From: a bacterium
GTDB lineage: Bacteria > Hinthialibacterota > Hinthialibacteria > Hinthialibacterales > Hinthialibacteraceae
Direction of reading: 5' to 3'
DNA: 35,807 bases
Assembly: GCA_041946805.1 (NCBI GenBank)
Contig: JBHGBC010000051.1
Span: 1 to 35,807, forward strand
Both the position numbers and the translations under genes were made by a program. Within the stretch, counting starts at the first letter, position 1. Every line of letters starts with the position of its first letter. Shown here piece by piece: positions 1 to 9,962 of this stretch. The notes below the pieces were generated by a model that saw nothing but the letters and a program-made list of their open reading frames with translations, ran no database searches and had not been told where the DNA came from.

Positions 1-1
1 G

Positions 2-745
<744 letters not shown>

Positions 746-754
746 GGGGGGAAT

Positions 755-873
755 GCCAGGGGCGGCGCCCCTGGCTAAGCGAGGATTGCTCCGCGGGGCG
801 GAAACAAGGCGCGGGAGAGTCAGTCGCCAGGGGTTGTACCCCTGGCGAAATTAATAATCGCCCCTACGGGGCT
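755..873. repeat. Cluster of GC-rich palindromes (CCAGGGG..CCCCTGG type) between convergent genes
   Basis: gccaggggc-ggc-gcccctggc (755-775), tcgccagggg-ttgta-cccctggcga (824-848), then gccccTACggggc. A related tagtccagggcttcagccctgggcta lies at 15242-15267. Confidence 0.65.
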
Positions 874-1016
874 GTTGGAATGATTTGGGTGATCTACACG
901 GCGGTTGAAGTCCACCCCACGGTTGATCCATCCTACAGGAAACCAGGGATGCCGTTTCTCCCAATAAGTATTTCTCCAATTGTTTGAAATTTCCTCAATT
1001 GGTAGCAATCCCTGAA

Positions 1017-2795
1017 TCAACTCCCCTTTTCGGGCGGGGCGAGGTAGGCGATCGATTCCTGGAAGCGGCCGCTTTCGATGCAAGCCAGGCCCAGGGCGGC
1101 GCGGATATCCGGATCGGCGGGATCGAGGCGCAGCGCCTGTTGGAGGGTTTGGTAGGCGGTCTCGGCCTGGCGTTGTTTCAGGCACGCGAGTCCATACTCC
1201 AGCAGGGCGTCTTTCCGCGTGGCGGGATCCTGGAGCAGGGGGGTCAGCACGGCGGCCTTTTCTTCATGCCGTCCCATCAAGCCGAGGGCGCGGGAGCGGA
1301 GCAGCGCGGCCTGGGCATCGGCGGGATTTTTCTCCAACAACATACCACACAGCGTTTCGGTTTCTTCGTAATCTCCCCGGGTGAAATGGGATTGGGCCAG
1401 TTGGAAGGTGATTTCGGGATGTCCGGGAAGCCGCGTGGCGGCGGTCAGGAAAGCCTGATGGGCGTCGTGGAGGTGGCCCAGGCCCTGGCAGGCGAGTCCC
1501 AGGTTGAGGTACAGCAGGCCGTCATCGGCGCCCCGGCGGAGGGTCTCGTTCAGCAGGGCCGCGCCGCGGGCGAATTCCCCCGCGCGAACCAGGGCGGTTC
1601 CCAGGCGTTGGAGGGTTTTGAGGGAGTTGGGTTTGATTTCCCGGACGGCGAGCAGCAGGGGGATGGCGGCGTCCCATTGTTGCAGATCGAAGGCCAGCAC
1701 GGCGGCGTGGTTGAGGAGCGAGAAGCGTTGGGGGTGGCGCCGCAAGGCTTGCTGGTACACGGCGAGGGCCTCGGCGGGGCGTCCGGTTTCCTCGAGGCGG
1801 CGTCCCAGTTCGAGGCTGGTGTCGAGCCGCGCGGGATCGCAGGCGGCGGCCTTGCGCAGGGCTTCAATTTCGTTGGCGGCGTCGCCCAGGCGGGCCCAGC
1901 CGTTCCGGAGTTCGAGGTAGAGGACGGCGCTTTCGCCCAGCGGGAGGGCTTTTTGCAGTTCGGCGATGGCGTACTCGGCCTGGTCCTGGGCGAGGAAGTG
2001 GCGGGCCATTTCGAGATGGCGGGCGATTTCCGCCTCGCGGACGCTGGGGGAGACCTGGACGAGGGCGGTGATGAAGCGTTGCAGGGCGGCGATGCGTTCC
2101 TCGAAGGTGAACTGCGAGATCTTTTCCGTGATGTGGGTTTCAAGGCGCGCCCGTTGGGGGGCGTCGAGGAATTGGAGGTACTTTTCGTAGGAGTGGAGCA
2201 GGGTGGCTTCTTCACCCAGATCCTTGTTGCGCGCGTGGATGTAAGAAGTAAAGAAGCGGAGAGTTTTTTCCCGGAGTTGGTTGACGGAGGGGAGGAGGGC
2301 GCGCAGTTGCTCCGCCTGCCGATGCAGGAGTTTTCGTTGTTCTTCCGAAAGCCGGGCGCGGCTCGGGGAATCGCGGTACGGTTCGAGTTCGCGGCGCAAG
2401 CGTTCGGCCTGGTTTTGGGCGGCCAGGAAGGCGTCCGCCTGTTCGAGGAAGACGGTGCTCCAGGCCATGGTGGCCGAGGAGAGGCGTTTCATTTTGCGGT
2501 CGACATCCAGTTGCCGGCGGAGGTTGAGCAGTTCGTTTTGGAGGTCCCGCGCGCCGCCATGCGCCATCAGGGATAAAAAGCGGTCGGTGGGATTTTCGTT
2601 CTGGATGGTATTCAGTATCGAACAGATCGATTCGGCCAGCTGCGTGTGTTTCAATTTTTCGCGTATTTCTTCCGCTTGTTTCAGGCGGAGTTCGCGGATT
2701 TCCTTCAAGCTGGAGCCGGGGGGCAGAAGGGGGCCTTCCTCGTCATCCGGGCTGGGCAGGAAGGATTGGTCGAAGGGGGGCCGTTCCTCACTCAT
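1017..2795 (-). CDS. Tetratricopeptide repeat protein with N-terminal helical/coiled-coil region
   Basis: Many TPR-like units in the C-terminal ~330 aa (e.g. AEALAVYQQALRRHP, AYQTLQQALRLDPADP). The ATG at 2795 (MSEERPP) overlaps the upstream stop at 2788-2790 and is preferred over the track start 2816. Confidence 0.85.
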   Translation of the reverse strand: MSEERPPFDQSFLPSPDDEEGPLLPPGSSLKEIRELRLKQAEEIREKLKHTQLAESICSILNTIQNENPTDRFLSLMAHGGARDLQNELLNLRRQLDVDRKMKRLSSATMAWSTVFLEQADAFLAAQNQAERLRRELEPYRDSPSRARLSEEQRKLLHRQAEQLRALLPSVNQLREKTLRFFTSYIHARNKDLGEEATLLHSYEKYLQFLDAPQRARLETHITEKISQFTFEERIAALQRFITALVQVSPSVREAEIARHLEMARHFLAQDQAEYAIAELQKALPLGESAVLYLELRNGWARLGDAANEIEALRKAAACDPARLDTSLELGRRLEETGRPAEALAVYQQALRRHPQRFSLLNHAAVLAFDLQQWDAAIPLLLAVREIKPNSLKTLQRLGTALVRAGEFARGAALLNETLRRGADDGLLYLNLGLACQGLGHLHDAHQAFLTAATRLPGHPEITFQLAQSHFTRGDYEETETLCGMLLEKNPADAQAALLRSRALGLMGRHEEKAAVLTPLLQDPATRKDALLEYGLACLKQRQAETAYQTLQQALRLDPADPDIRAALGLACIESGRFQESIAYLAPPEKGS

Positions 2796-4530
2796 GGACT
2801 TCTTCCTCGTCTTCAAAAATCCGCTCCTGGTAGGGCAGCACGGCGATACCCTCGCCGCTCACCACCAGGGTGGCCGGGCCGGTGGGTTCGGTGGGAGCGA
2901 AAGTGTGCTCCAAGATCATGATTTCGGCGCCGGGGAAGATTTGTTTACGCGCGCGGACCGTGCGGACGCGGGCGTTGGCCTGGTGGAGTTCTTCCTCGGC
3001 GAGTTGGAGTTGTTGTTGCTTGGCGGCCATCAGTTGATCCAATTTGGCGAGATGGGATTGCAGTTTGGCCTGGACGCCGGCCTGCGCGGGAGAGAGCGAT
3101 CCGGTTTTCTCCGCGAGGGCGGCGAGGGTGGCGATCCGGCCGGCGGCTTTGTCCTTGCGCTCCTGGAGCGATTGCAGGGATGCTTGCAAAGAGGCGGTTT
3201 TTTTAGCGGCTTCCACGATGTCGTAGCCCAGGTGGACGCGGGTCCGGACGCCGATATCCGAACCGATCCGGTCGGCGCACAGGTCGTCGGCGGCCTCGGC
3301 CAATCCGCCGATGAGATCCGCGTCGCGGCCGAGCAGGGAGATGCGCGGGGCGCGCAGGAAGGATTGGATGACCGAGCCGTGGACGAGAATGCTTTTGCCG
3401 GCATGGACCCAGGCGGCGTTGATGAATTTCACTTCCACGTGATGATCGGCTTGGATAACGGCTTCGGATTTGCCTTGCACGCCGCCCGGGAGATAGATGT
3501 CGCCCCGGGCATGAATCTTACTGCCTTCCACCGTGCCGCTGACGAGGATGTCCTGTTCGGATTCGACGCGGAAGCCGGAAAGGACATCGCCGCACACATG
3601 GACGCTGACGGCGGATTGGATATTGCCGGTGGCGTAGTTCACATCGCCCTTGATTTGCAGGAGGGGGGCGACGACGATGCGCGGGCCGTCGCGGTAGGCG
3701 CAACCCTCGAGCGTGGAGACCAAGGCCAGGCCGTCCGGGGTGAGGGCGGTGTTGGGGACGGCGGGCAGGGGATAGTCCTGACCGTCGCGGCAGGCGATCG
3801 GTTGGCCGTAGACGTTCAGGCCGGGCACGCCGGGAACCGCCGGGATTTTCTGGAGGACGACCTGTCCCTCGCTGACGGCGCGGATCCGGTCGAGTTCCTT
3901 GAAGTCCGCGCGGCCGTCTTTCTGGATGATGGGGACGCCTGCGGGGGGCGGAAGATTTAAGCAATCCTGGATGACCGCATCGACGCCGGGGACCGGCGCT
4001 TTCCCCGCGAGGACGCGGAAGGGGCGTCCGGGATGGCGGAGCATCAGGGCGATGTTCTTTTCGATCCATTCGCCCTGGAAACCGAGGCGCGTCAGGCCGG
4101 ACTTGATGAGGTCCGGATTCCAATAGGACTCGAAGCCTTCGTCGATCACGGCGCGGACGGCCATTTGGTCCTGGCTGACGTGTACTTCGGGTCCGATCGA
4201 CAGAATGGCGTCGGCCAGGAAGGGGGCGGAGGGGCACGCGGCCGTGGCGCCGTAGACTTCGGGGGTGATCGCGCCCGCGCGGACGGCCTTGGTCAGGATG
4301 TCATCGATGGATTTGAGCAGGCTGAAGAGGATCGAGCGGAAGCGGCCGGGGGAGAGGGTGGAGAACCACGCCGGGAATTGGTCAAGGAGAGGGAGAGAGG
4401 CGCGGAGCTCGTTAGCGGCGCTCAGGCCGCCGGGATGGCGTTCGAGCCTGTCGATGGTTTTTTCCAATCCCTCCCGCAAATGGGCGGCGACATCCGCGAT
4501 ATTGATGATGACCTGAGTGGTTTCGTTCAT
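2788..4530 (-). CDS. FapA family (DUF342) protein
   Basis: VSQDQMAVRA, GKAPVPGVDA, DGRADFKEL, GVPGLNVYG, beta-helix GDVNYATGNI..GDVLSGFRVES..GTVEGSKIHARGDI, a coiled coil, and C-terminal IFPGAEI match the DUF342 architecture. Confidence 0.88.
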   Translation of the reverse strand: MNETTQVIINIADVAAHLREGLEKTIDRLERHPGGLSAANELRASLPLLDQFPAWFSTLSPGRFRSILFSLLKSIDDILTKAVRAGAITPEVYGATAACPSAPFLADAILSIGPEVHVSQDQMAVRAVIDEGFESYWNPDLIKSGLTRLGFQGEWIEKNIALMLRHPGRPFRVLAGKAPVPGVDAVIQDCLNLPPPAGVPIIQKDGRADFKELDRIRAVSEGQVVLQKIPAVPGVPGLNVYGQPIACRDGQDYPLPAVPNTALTPDGLALVSTLEGCAYRDGPRIVVAPLLQIKGDVNYATGNIQSAVSVHVCGDVLSGFRVESEQDILVSGTVEGSKIHARGDIYLPGGVQGKSEAVIQADHHVEVKFINAAWVHAGKSILVHGSVIQSFLRAPRISLLGRDADLIGGLAEAADDLCADRIGSDIGVRTRVHLGYDIVEAAKKTASLQASLQSLQERKDKAAGRIATLAALAEKTGSLSPAQAGVQAKLQSHLAKLDQLMAAKQQQLQLAEEELHQANARVRTVRARKQIFPGAEIMILEHTFAPTEPTGPATLVVSGEGIAVLPYQERIFEDEEEVHE

Positions 4531-4563
4531 TCCGCCGGTCCAAGTGTGTGGTCGAGAATTTTT

Positions 4564-4642
4564 CCCTCACCCGAACTCCTTTCCGGGGGGAGAGGGGAAT
4601 TTTTCTTGTCTGAATCAGGATATCCAGGATGCATAGGATGAC
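4564..4642. repeat. Composite repeat: CCCTCACCC..GGGAGAGGGG palindrome plus TTGTCTGAATCAGGAT..CAGGATG unit
   Basis: ccctcacccgaactcctttccggggggagagggg (4564-4597). ttgtctgaatcaggat (4606-4621) is identical to 9859-9874. Confidence 0.7.
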
Positions 4643-4651
4643 CAAGATGCT

Positions 4652-4685
4652 GATGGGTTACGCGCGGCGCGTTAATCCATCCTAC
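4652..4685. repeat. GTAG-type REP-like element, copy 1
   Basis: gatgggttacgcgcggcgcgttaatccatcctac is an imperfect palindrome ending in CTAC (GTAG on the minus strand), near-identical to 5691-5724. Confidence 0.8.
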
Positions 4686-4808
4686 CTTTTTCAGGATGGA
4701 AAACAATTCATAAAGAGGCGGGCATGCCTTCGCTGCCGCAGGGCCGGTCCGGTGCAAGCCCGCCTCCCGATGCCGTATTTCAAAGAACGAAGCCGGAAAC
4801 CTCCTGTT

Positions 4809-5549
4809 TTAGCGGCGGCCGGCGGCCCATTCGATGGACTGGGCCAGGATTTTCCGGTATTCCAGGGGCTGGCGCGACGCCACGTCGTGGCCCAGGGCGA
4901 AGTAGACGCAGCGGGCGTTGTGGACGTAATGGGTGACCAGCAGCGGTTCGGCGACAGTATGGCCGAAGCGTTCCTCGTTGGCGGTCATGATGACGTGGAC
5001 ATCCGGGCGCATGAGCAGGTTGAAGTACAGTTCGTCATGGGTGGTGAAGGATTTGACGCCTTCGATAATGGGGTGGCCTTCGTCCTTGATGTCCATGCGG
5101 AACTGATGGTAGGGGCCGTGGGTGGATTTGCCGTTGACCCACATGGCGCCGAGGATGTCGATCGAATCCCGCCAGTTCTGGACGTTGGCCACGGCGAAGT
5201 GGCTGACCACCAATCCGCCGCCCTCTTTCAGGAATTGCAGGATCCCTTCCTTGACGAAGTCGGGGGGATTGCCGTCCGGCGCCTGCAGCTGTTCGAGCAG
5301 CAGCACGTCGAATTTCTTCAGGTTGTCGTAGCGGAGCGATTCGAGATCGGTTTTCTCCACGGCGGTGATTTTCACCGTGGGGAAGTTCTCGTTGATGAAC
5401 TGAATCGATTCCTTGGCGACGCCGGGTTCGTTGTGCGGTTCCAGGCCGACGAACAGGCAGGTAACCGGCTGCGGTTCCGCGCTCCAGCCCAGGGTGGCCA
5501 GGCAGGCCAGACCCACGAAGAAAGCCATTTGATACCGGTACGTTTTCAT
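4809..5549 (-). CDS. Secreted ThuA (trehalose utilisation)/class I glutamine-amidotransferase-like domain protein
   Basis: Signal peptide, FDVLLL, FLKEGGGLVVSH, HPII.G, DELY, YFALGH and SIEWAAG motifs. GGAGG RBS upstream. Confidence 0.9.
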   Translation of the reverse strand: MKTYRYQMAFFVGLACLATLGWSAEPQPVTCLFVGLEPHNEPGVAKESIQFINENFPTVKITAVEKTDLESLRYDNLKKFDVLLLEQLQAPDGNPPDFVKEGILQFLKEGGGLVVSHFAVANVQNWRDSIDILGAMWVNGKSTHGPYHQFRMDIKDEGHPIIEGVKSFTTHDELYFNLLMRPDVHVIMTANEERFGHTVAEPLLVTHYVHNARCVYFALGHDVASRQPLEYRKILAQSIEWAAGRR

Positions 5550-5635
5550 TCCGTGTCCTCCGTCGAGAGATTTGGGTTACGTCTTAAGGGAGAGGAAATG
5601 GATGCAGGCCAGATGCCCGCATCACAAAGGGCGTT

Positions 5636-5670
5636 CCCTCACCCTGGCCCTCTCCCGGGGGGAGAGGGGA
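5636..5670. repeat. CCCTCACCC..CCCTCTCCC-GGGAGAGGG palindromic repeat
   Basis: ccctcaccctggccctctcccggggggagagggga; one of about 10 copies in the window. Confidence 0.85.
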
Positions 5671-5690
5671 TTAATTACTTTTGTGATTAA

Positions 5691-5724
5691 GATGGGTTAC
5701 GCGCTACGCGTTAATCCATCCTAC
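5691..5724. repeat. GTAG-type REP-like element, copy 2
   Basis: gatgggttacgcgctacgcgttaatccatcctac differs from 4652-4685 only at two central bases. Confidence 0.8.
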
Positions 5725-5799
5725 ACTTTACCCCGATGGGGCGTCCGAGGGTATTTTCCAAAAATCCGGACAAAGGGCAAGTGAACGGGGCGGGGGGGA

Positions 5800-8109
5800 T
5801 TATTCATCGGGGCGGAGGCGGGCGGCGCGGCGTTCGTAGCGTTCCGCCCTTTCGGGTTCGCCGAAGGTCCGCAGCAGCTTCGCGGCTTGGAGAAAGAGGT
5901 CCGGCCGGTCGTCGCGGAACGCCAGGCGGGCGGCGAGGTTTTCCAGCGCCTGATGGCATTGCTCCAACTCGAATTGGTTCCCACGCGCGTAGGCGAGGGC
6001 CAGGTGGTAGTGGATGTCCCGGTCGTAGAGCGTCAGGTCCCAGGCGCGCTGATACCAGGCGATGGCCTCGCGGTATTGGCCGTTCTCCAGGGCCTGCGCG
6101 CCGAGAGTCTTGGCGGCCGGGAGGGCGCACGTGGTATCCGATCCGGCCAGATCCCGCAGCCGGCGCCGGGCCGGATCGGGCTGGCCGCGGCGCAGGCTCA
6201 GCACGCCCAACACGTATTGTTCATACGGCAGCCAGGGGGATTCGTCCGTCAGCCAGTCATTCCGCATTGTCCGATATTCCAAGTCATCCCCCTGAAACAG
6301 CGCCGCCTGAAAGGCCCGGGCGCGTTGGATGTGAGCGGGATCGCGCAGGCGCTGCCACACGATCGCCACTTGGTCCCACAGGTTTTCGTATTCCAGGAGT
6401 TGATCCGCGAACAGGCCGATCGCTTCGGCGGCCTCGGCGGGCTGCACCGGCTGGGAGCGCTGGAAGAGTTCGAGGCCGTCTTCGAGGTCCTGATAGGGAT
6501 AGCGGCCGAGGGAGCGATGGCTTTCCGTGAACCAATCCGGCGAATCGCCGAGGGTCCGGACGAGGCGGAGGGTGGTGTCGTAGCGGTAGGGATCGACCAC
6601 GTCGCGGTGGATTTTTTCGCGGTGGGCCGGGCCGTGGCTGGTGATGAGGAAATCGTGATACAAGAGGTCCAGAACGATACGGTAGGGCGAGACGCCCAGG
6701 GATTCGGATTTGGGCGATTCGGCCTGGAGCCACACGGAGAGGGTGAAGGCGGAGAAGCCCTCCAGGTTGGGGAGGGTCAGGACCTTGGGGGGCCGGGCGT
6801 CCGCGGGATGGGCCGCCACGATGGCCCCGGCGAGAAGGCGGTGGGGGATGCGCCAATCGCGGGGGGGATGGGAGCGGTAATCGAAGAGGCCGGTTTCATC
6901 CTTGAGGATCGGGATTTTGATATAACGGCCGGCGGAGGTTCCCCAATCCGCCCCGCCCCATTGATTGATGGCCTGGAGGAGCAGCAGCGCGGCGCACAGC
7001 GGAGGGATCAGGATCCGTTTCCACCATGCCGGGAGGCCGGAGAAGAGCATCGCCGCCAGCACGGCCAATATGGGCTGGACGGGGAAGAGGTATTTCGGGG
7101 CGAGGTTGTGATATTGAATCGTGAAGAACACATAGGGGAACAGGAGCGCGGCCAGCAGCAGAATCAGCAGCATCCGGACTTGTGGATGGGGGGATTGGAA
7201 GGCGAGAACGACGCTGACGAGGAATCCCGCCGCCAGGATGAGCAGGTGAACCGCCTTGATTTTCAGAGAGAGCAACAGCGGATAGTAAAACAGCACCTCA
7301 TCGCGCCATCCGTCCACGAACGGGGTGAAGTAACCGGAGGCGGCCACCGTGGCTTGGTATTGCAGCAAGCCGGGCCAATAGGAGACGTACCAGGGCAGGG
7401 CCAGGACGGCGGGGAAAACCGCCATGAGGAGCAGGGGTTTACACCAGGGGGCGAATCCCACGCGCGGGGGAGTTTCATCGCGCCAGGTCCCATTGAGAAA
7501 TAGATACCCGAACGCGATCAGCAAGGGGGCGAGGAGGATCACCGCGTAGAGCCACTTGAGCAGCAGACCCCCGGCGAGCAGCGCGCCCAGGAAGAGGAAA
7601 TCCCGGGTCCGGCCGTGATTCAGGATCCGCAGCAGCAACAGCAGGGAAGCGGTCACGAAGACGGCCAGGGGCACTTCGGTTTCGAACTGCGGCAGGTATT
7701 CGTGCGTGAAGGGATTGGTCATCCAATAAATGCCCGCCAACAGCCCGATCCAGGGTCCCCCGGCGCGGCGGCCCAGCGCGAAGGTCAACCAGGCGGCGGC
7801 CGTGAGCCAAAGCGCATTGAGAAAAACCGCCCGGCCGGGGATTTTGCCGAAGAGAGAAAACACCGCCGCGCCGCAGAGGCTTTGCAAGGGAGGGCGGTGG
7901 GGAACCAGGGAGGGGACCGCGGCCAGCCCCGCGGGGCCGCGCTCGTGGAGTTGCTCCAAGAAATCGAGGCCGCCCTGGAGGTAATAGACGCTGTCGGATT
8001 GGGGCGGGGTGGTGTCGATAACCAGCCAGGCGAGGTTTTGCCCGGCGTACAGAACCAGGAGGGCGAGCGCGGCCCCCAGCGGCCAAGGGCGGGTGGAGTT
8101 ATCCATCAT
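5800..8109 (-). CDS. GT-C fold (ArnT/PMT, GT39/GT83-like) membrane glycosyltransferase with C-terminal TPRs
   Basis: Polytopic N-terminal half with acidic first loop (PQSDSVYY), HRPPL and GLLLKW. C-terminal TPRs (YREAIAWYQRAW, IHYHLALAY). Start placed at MMDNST (8109/8106), overlapping the upstream stop at 8099-8101. Confidence 0.75.
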   Translation of the reverse strand: MMDNSTRPWPLGAALALLVLYAGQNLAWLVIDTTPPQSDSVYYLQGGLDFLEQLHERGPAGLAAVPSLVPHRPPLQSLCGAAVFSLFGKIPGRAVFLNALWLTAAAWLTFALGRRAGGPWIGLLAGIYWMTNPFTHEYLPQFETEVPLAVFVTASLLLLLRILNHGRTRDFLFLGALLAGGLLLKWLYAVILLAPLLIAFGYLFLNGTWRDETPPRVGFAPWCKPLLLMAVFPAVLALPWYVSYWPGLLQYQATVAASGYFTPFVDGWRDEVLFYYPLLLSLKIKAVHLLILAAGFLVSVVLAFQSPHPQVRMLLILLLAALLFPYVFFTIQYHNLAPKYLFPVQPILAVLAAMLFSGLPAWWKRILIPPLCAALLLLQAINQWGGADWGTSAGRYIKIPILKDETGLFDYRSHPPRDWRIPHRLLAGAIVAAHPADARPPKVLTLPNLEGFSAFTLSVWLQAESPKSESLGVSPYRIVLDLLYHDFLITSHGPAHREKIHRDVVDPYRYDTTLRLVRTLGDSPDWFTESHRSLGRYPYQDLEDGLELFQRSQPVQPAEAAEAIGLFADQLLEYENLWDQVAIVWQRLRDPAHIQRARAFQAALFQGDDLEYRTMRNDWLTDESPWLPYEQYVLGVLSLRRGQPDPARRRLRDLAGSDTTCALPAAKTLGAQALENGQYREAIAWYQRAWDLTLYDRDIHYHLALAYARGNQFELEQCHQALENLAARLAFRDDRPDLFLQAAKLLRTFGEPERAERYERRAARLRPDE

Positions 8110-9697
8110 GGGAGGCATCCGGAAGGGGAATGACCGCATGGTTTTTCTGGAGCGCCGGCGCGAACCGGTAATCCTGGCCGGGCACAAGGTATACATCGCG
8201 CGACCAGGATTGATAGCCGCGTTCCAAGGGCACCAGGCGGATATCGGCGATACCCGCGCGGATGTGGGTTTGCCGCAGGGGAGAGATTCCCAGTTCCAGG
8301 CTCCGTAAAAAAGCGCGGGCGGGGACCGGCTGGGGCGCGTATTCGATGGTGACATACCCGCGGCCGGTGAGCCATCCCGAGTTGCGGATCATGACGGGGA
8401 GGCTGAGGGCGAATTGCAAGGCGATGGCCGCGGCGGCCAGTTTATGGAAGAACGCCGGGCGGAGCAGCTTCCAGGCGGCGAAGACGGCGAAGAGATTCAG
8501 GGGAATCGCCATGCTGACGAAGAGGTCCCAGTCGCGGGGGGGGACGGCGGGGTGGCAAAGAAGGTCCCAGGTCCGCAGGTAGAGTTGGGGATAGAAAAGC
8601 GTGGACCAGAGCAGGGCCCAGAAGGAGGCATGGAGCAAAAAGAGCAGCCAGGGGTGGGTCAGCACGGCGCGGCGGCGTCCGAAGAAAAAGATCAGCAGCC
8701 ACGGCGCGCCGAAGGGGGCCAGAAAAAAGTGGATGAACAGTTTGACCCCCACGTGCATCCAGGAGAACATTTCGAAATGAAACGCGCCGGGATCGTAGCC
8801 CGCGCGGATGGGGGCCAGATGTTCGAGCAGCGGTTCCGCCCGCATTTGAAAGGAAGCGCGGACCAGGAACAAGAGCAGCCAGGGGGAAAAGACTCCCCAC
8901 CAGGGCCGCAGTTCTTGTTTGAGGGCCGGAGGGAAGCGGAACAGGTAGTAGAAAAACGAGACGAGGAGGGTGAGATAGAAGAGATTTTCGAGGGGGCGGC
9001 GGTGCAGCAGGGCCGCGAGAATGAATAGCCCGAAAAAGGAAGCGGCTTTCGTCAGGTCGCGGCGGGAGAGAATCACTTCCGGCTCGCGGCCTTTGCCGGC
9101 GAGAGGAATCAGCAGAAGCAGGGCCGGGTAGTAAAACACCCCGCTGGAGTGGAAGGCGGTGGCCAGGGCCAAGGCCGCGCTGGGCCAGAAGGGCGCGCGG
9201 GTGGCGTGGATCGTGTTCCAGGAAAGGGTGACGCTCACCATAAGCAGGGCGCAGGTCCAGGGGTAGAATTCCACGTGGCCGCAGAAGGCCTGCAGAACCA
9301 TGGTGGAGGAGGGGAACAGCACGAGCAGCCAGGTGTCGAGGCGCGTGGCGGCGGCCGCGCGGGCCAGGCGATATAGGGAGTGGAAAAAGACCAGGCCGGC
9401 GGCGCAGGAGGAGAGGGCGATGATGTCTTCCACCCACCAACGCAGGAGGGGATGGAGAGTGAAGAACAGGCCGCGGTAGAGCAGGTAGGAGAGCGGATTG
9501 CGGGACAGGGTCACGGCGTAGGCCTGCTCGCCGACGACCTGCTTGCAGCAGAAGAGGCCGTCGCCGATGCCCAGGTTCCAGGAGCGGAAGGTCCAAAGTA
9601 ACCCGGCGAGAGCCAGGAGCGTTAATACCCCACGAAGGGCGCGCGCTCTCCGCCCGGCTGTGGACGCGGTGGATGAAATTGGGATGAAATGGCGCAT
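8099..9697 (-). CDS. Polytopic membrane protein, possible GT-C glycosyltransferase, with PEGA-like C-terminal domain
   Basis: About 12 hydrophobic segments, GDG in loop 1, GHVEFYP, FH and RDWDLF motifs. The C-terminal LGISPL..IRAG segment resembles PEGA. Confidence 0.55.
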   Translation of the reverse strand: MRHFIPISSTASTAGRRARALRGVLTLLALAGLLWTFRSWNLGIGDGLFCCKQVVGEQAYAVTLSRNPLSYLLYRGLFFTLHPLLRWWVEDIIALSSCAAGLVFFHSLYRLARAAAATRLDTWLLVLFPSSTMVLQAFCGHVEFYPWTCALLMVSVTLSWNTIHATRAPFWPSAALALATAFHSSGVFYYPALLLLIPLAGKGREPEVILSRRDLTKAASFFGLFILAALLHRRPLENLFYLTLLVSFFYYLFRFPPALKQELRPWWGVFSPWLLLFLVRASFQMRAEPLLEHLAPIRAGYDPGAFHFEMFSWMHVGVKLFIHFFLAPFGAPWLLIFFFGRRRAVLTHPWLLFLLHASFWALLWSTLFYPQLYLRTWDLLCHPAVPPRDWDLFVSMAIPLNLFAVFAAWKLLRPAFFHKLAAAAIALQFALSLPVMIRNSGWLTGRGYVTIEYAPQPVPARAFLRSLELGISPLRQTHIRAGIADIRLVPLERGYQSWSRDVYLVPGQDYRFAPALQKNHAVIPLPDASHDG

Positions 9698-9807
9698 GCC
9701 TAGTAGGATACCAAGAACGGGAGTGAAATGCAGAGGCGCGGGGGGGGGTGAATCAGGGGAGAGAGGTAAAGGTTAGGTAGAAAAATAGTTGTCCCGGGTG
9801 GAAAGCC

Positions 9808-9935
9808 GGGGCATGTGGCAACGTGCCCCTACGAAGGGAGGGAGAGGGGATAGGTTTTTTGTCTGAATCAGGATGGTCAGGATGAACAAGAGGACCGGGA
9901 TGTTGTGACTGGTTCCCCGCTTTCGCGGGGAAGAC
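9808..9935. repeat. Mosaic cluster of several REP-like families
   Basis: ggggcatgtggcaacgtgcccctac (9808-9832, like 32250-32277), gggagagggga, ttgtctgaatcaggat (9859-9874), and ctggttccccgctttcgcggggaagac (9909-9935, like 26047-26074 inverted). Confidence 0.7.
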
Positions 9936-9962
9936 CATTGCCGAAAAAAACTTTAGGAGAAC

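Noticed and set aside
984..3960. Long + strand ORFs (530 aa and 559 aa) opposite the TPR and FapA genes
   Set aside because: Antisense shadows typical of high-GC DNA; the recognisable families are on the minus strand.
8110..8355. N-terminal extension of the 851-aa track ORF (likewise the nuoM extension 28083-28415)
   Set aside because: Overlaps the upstream gene extensively and has non-protein-like composition; downstream ATGs fit better.
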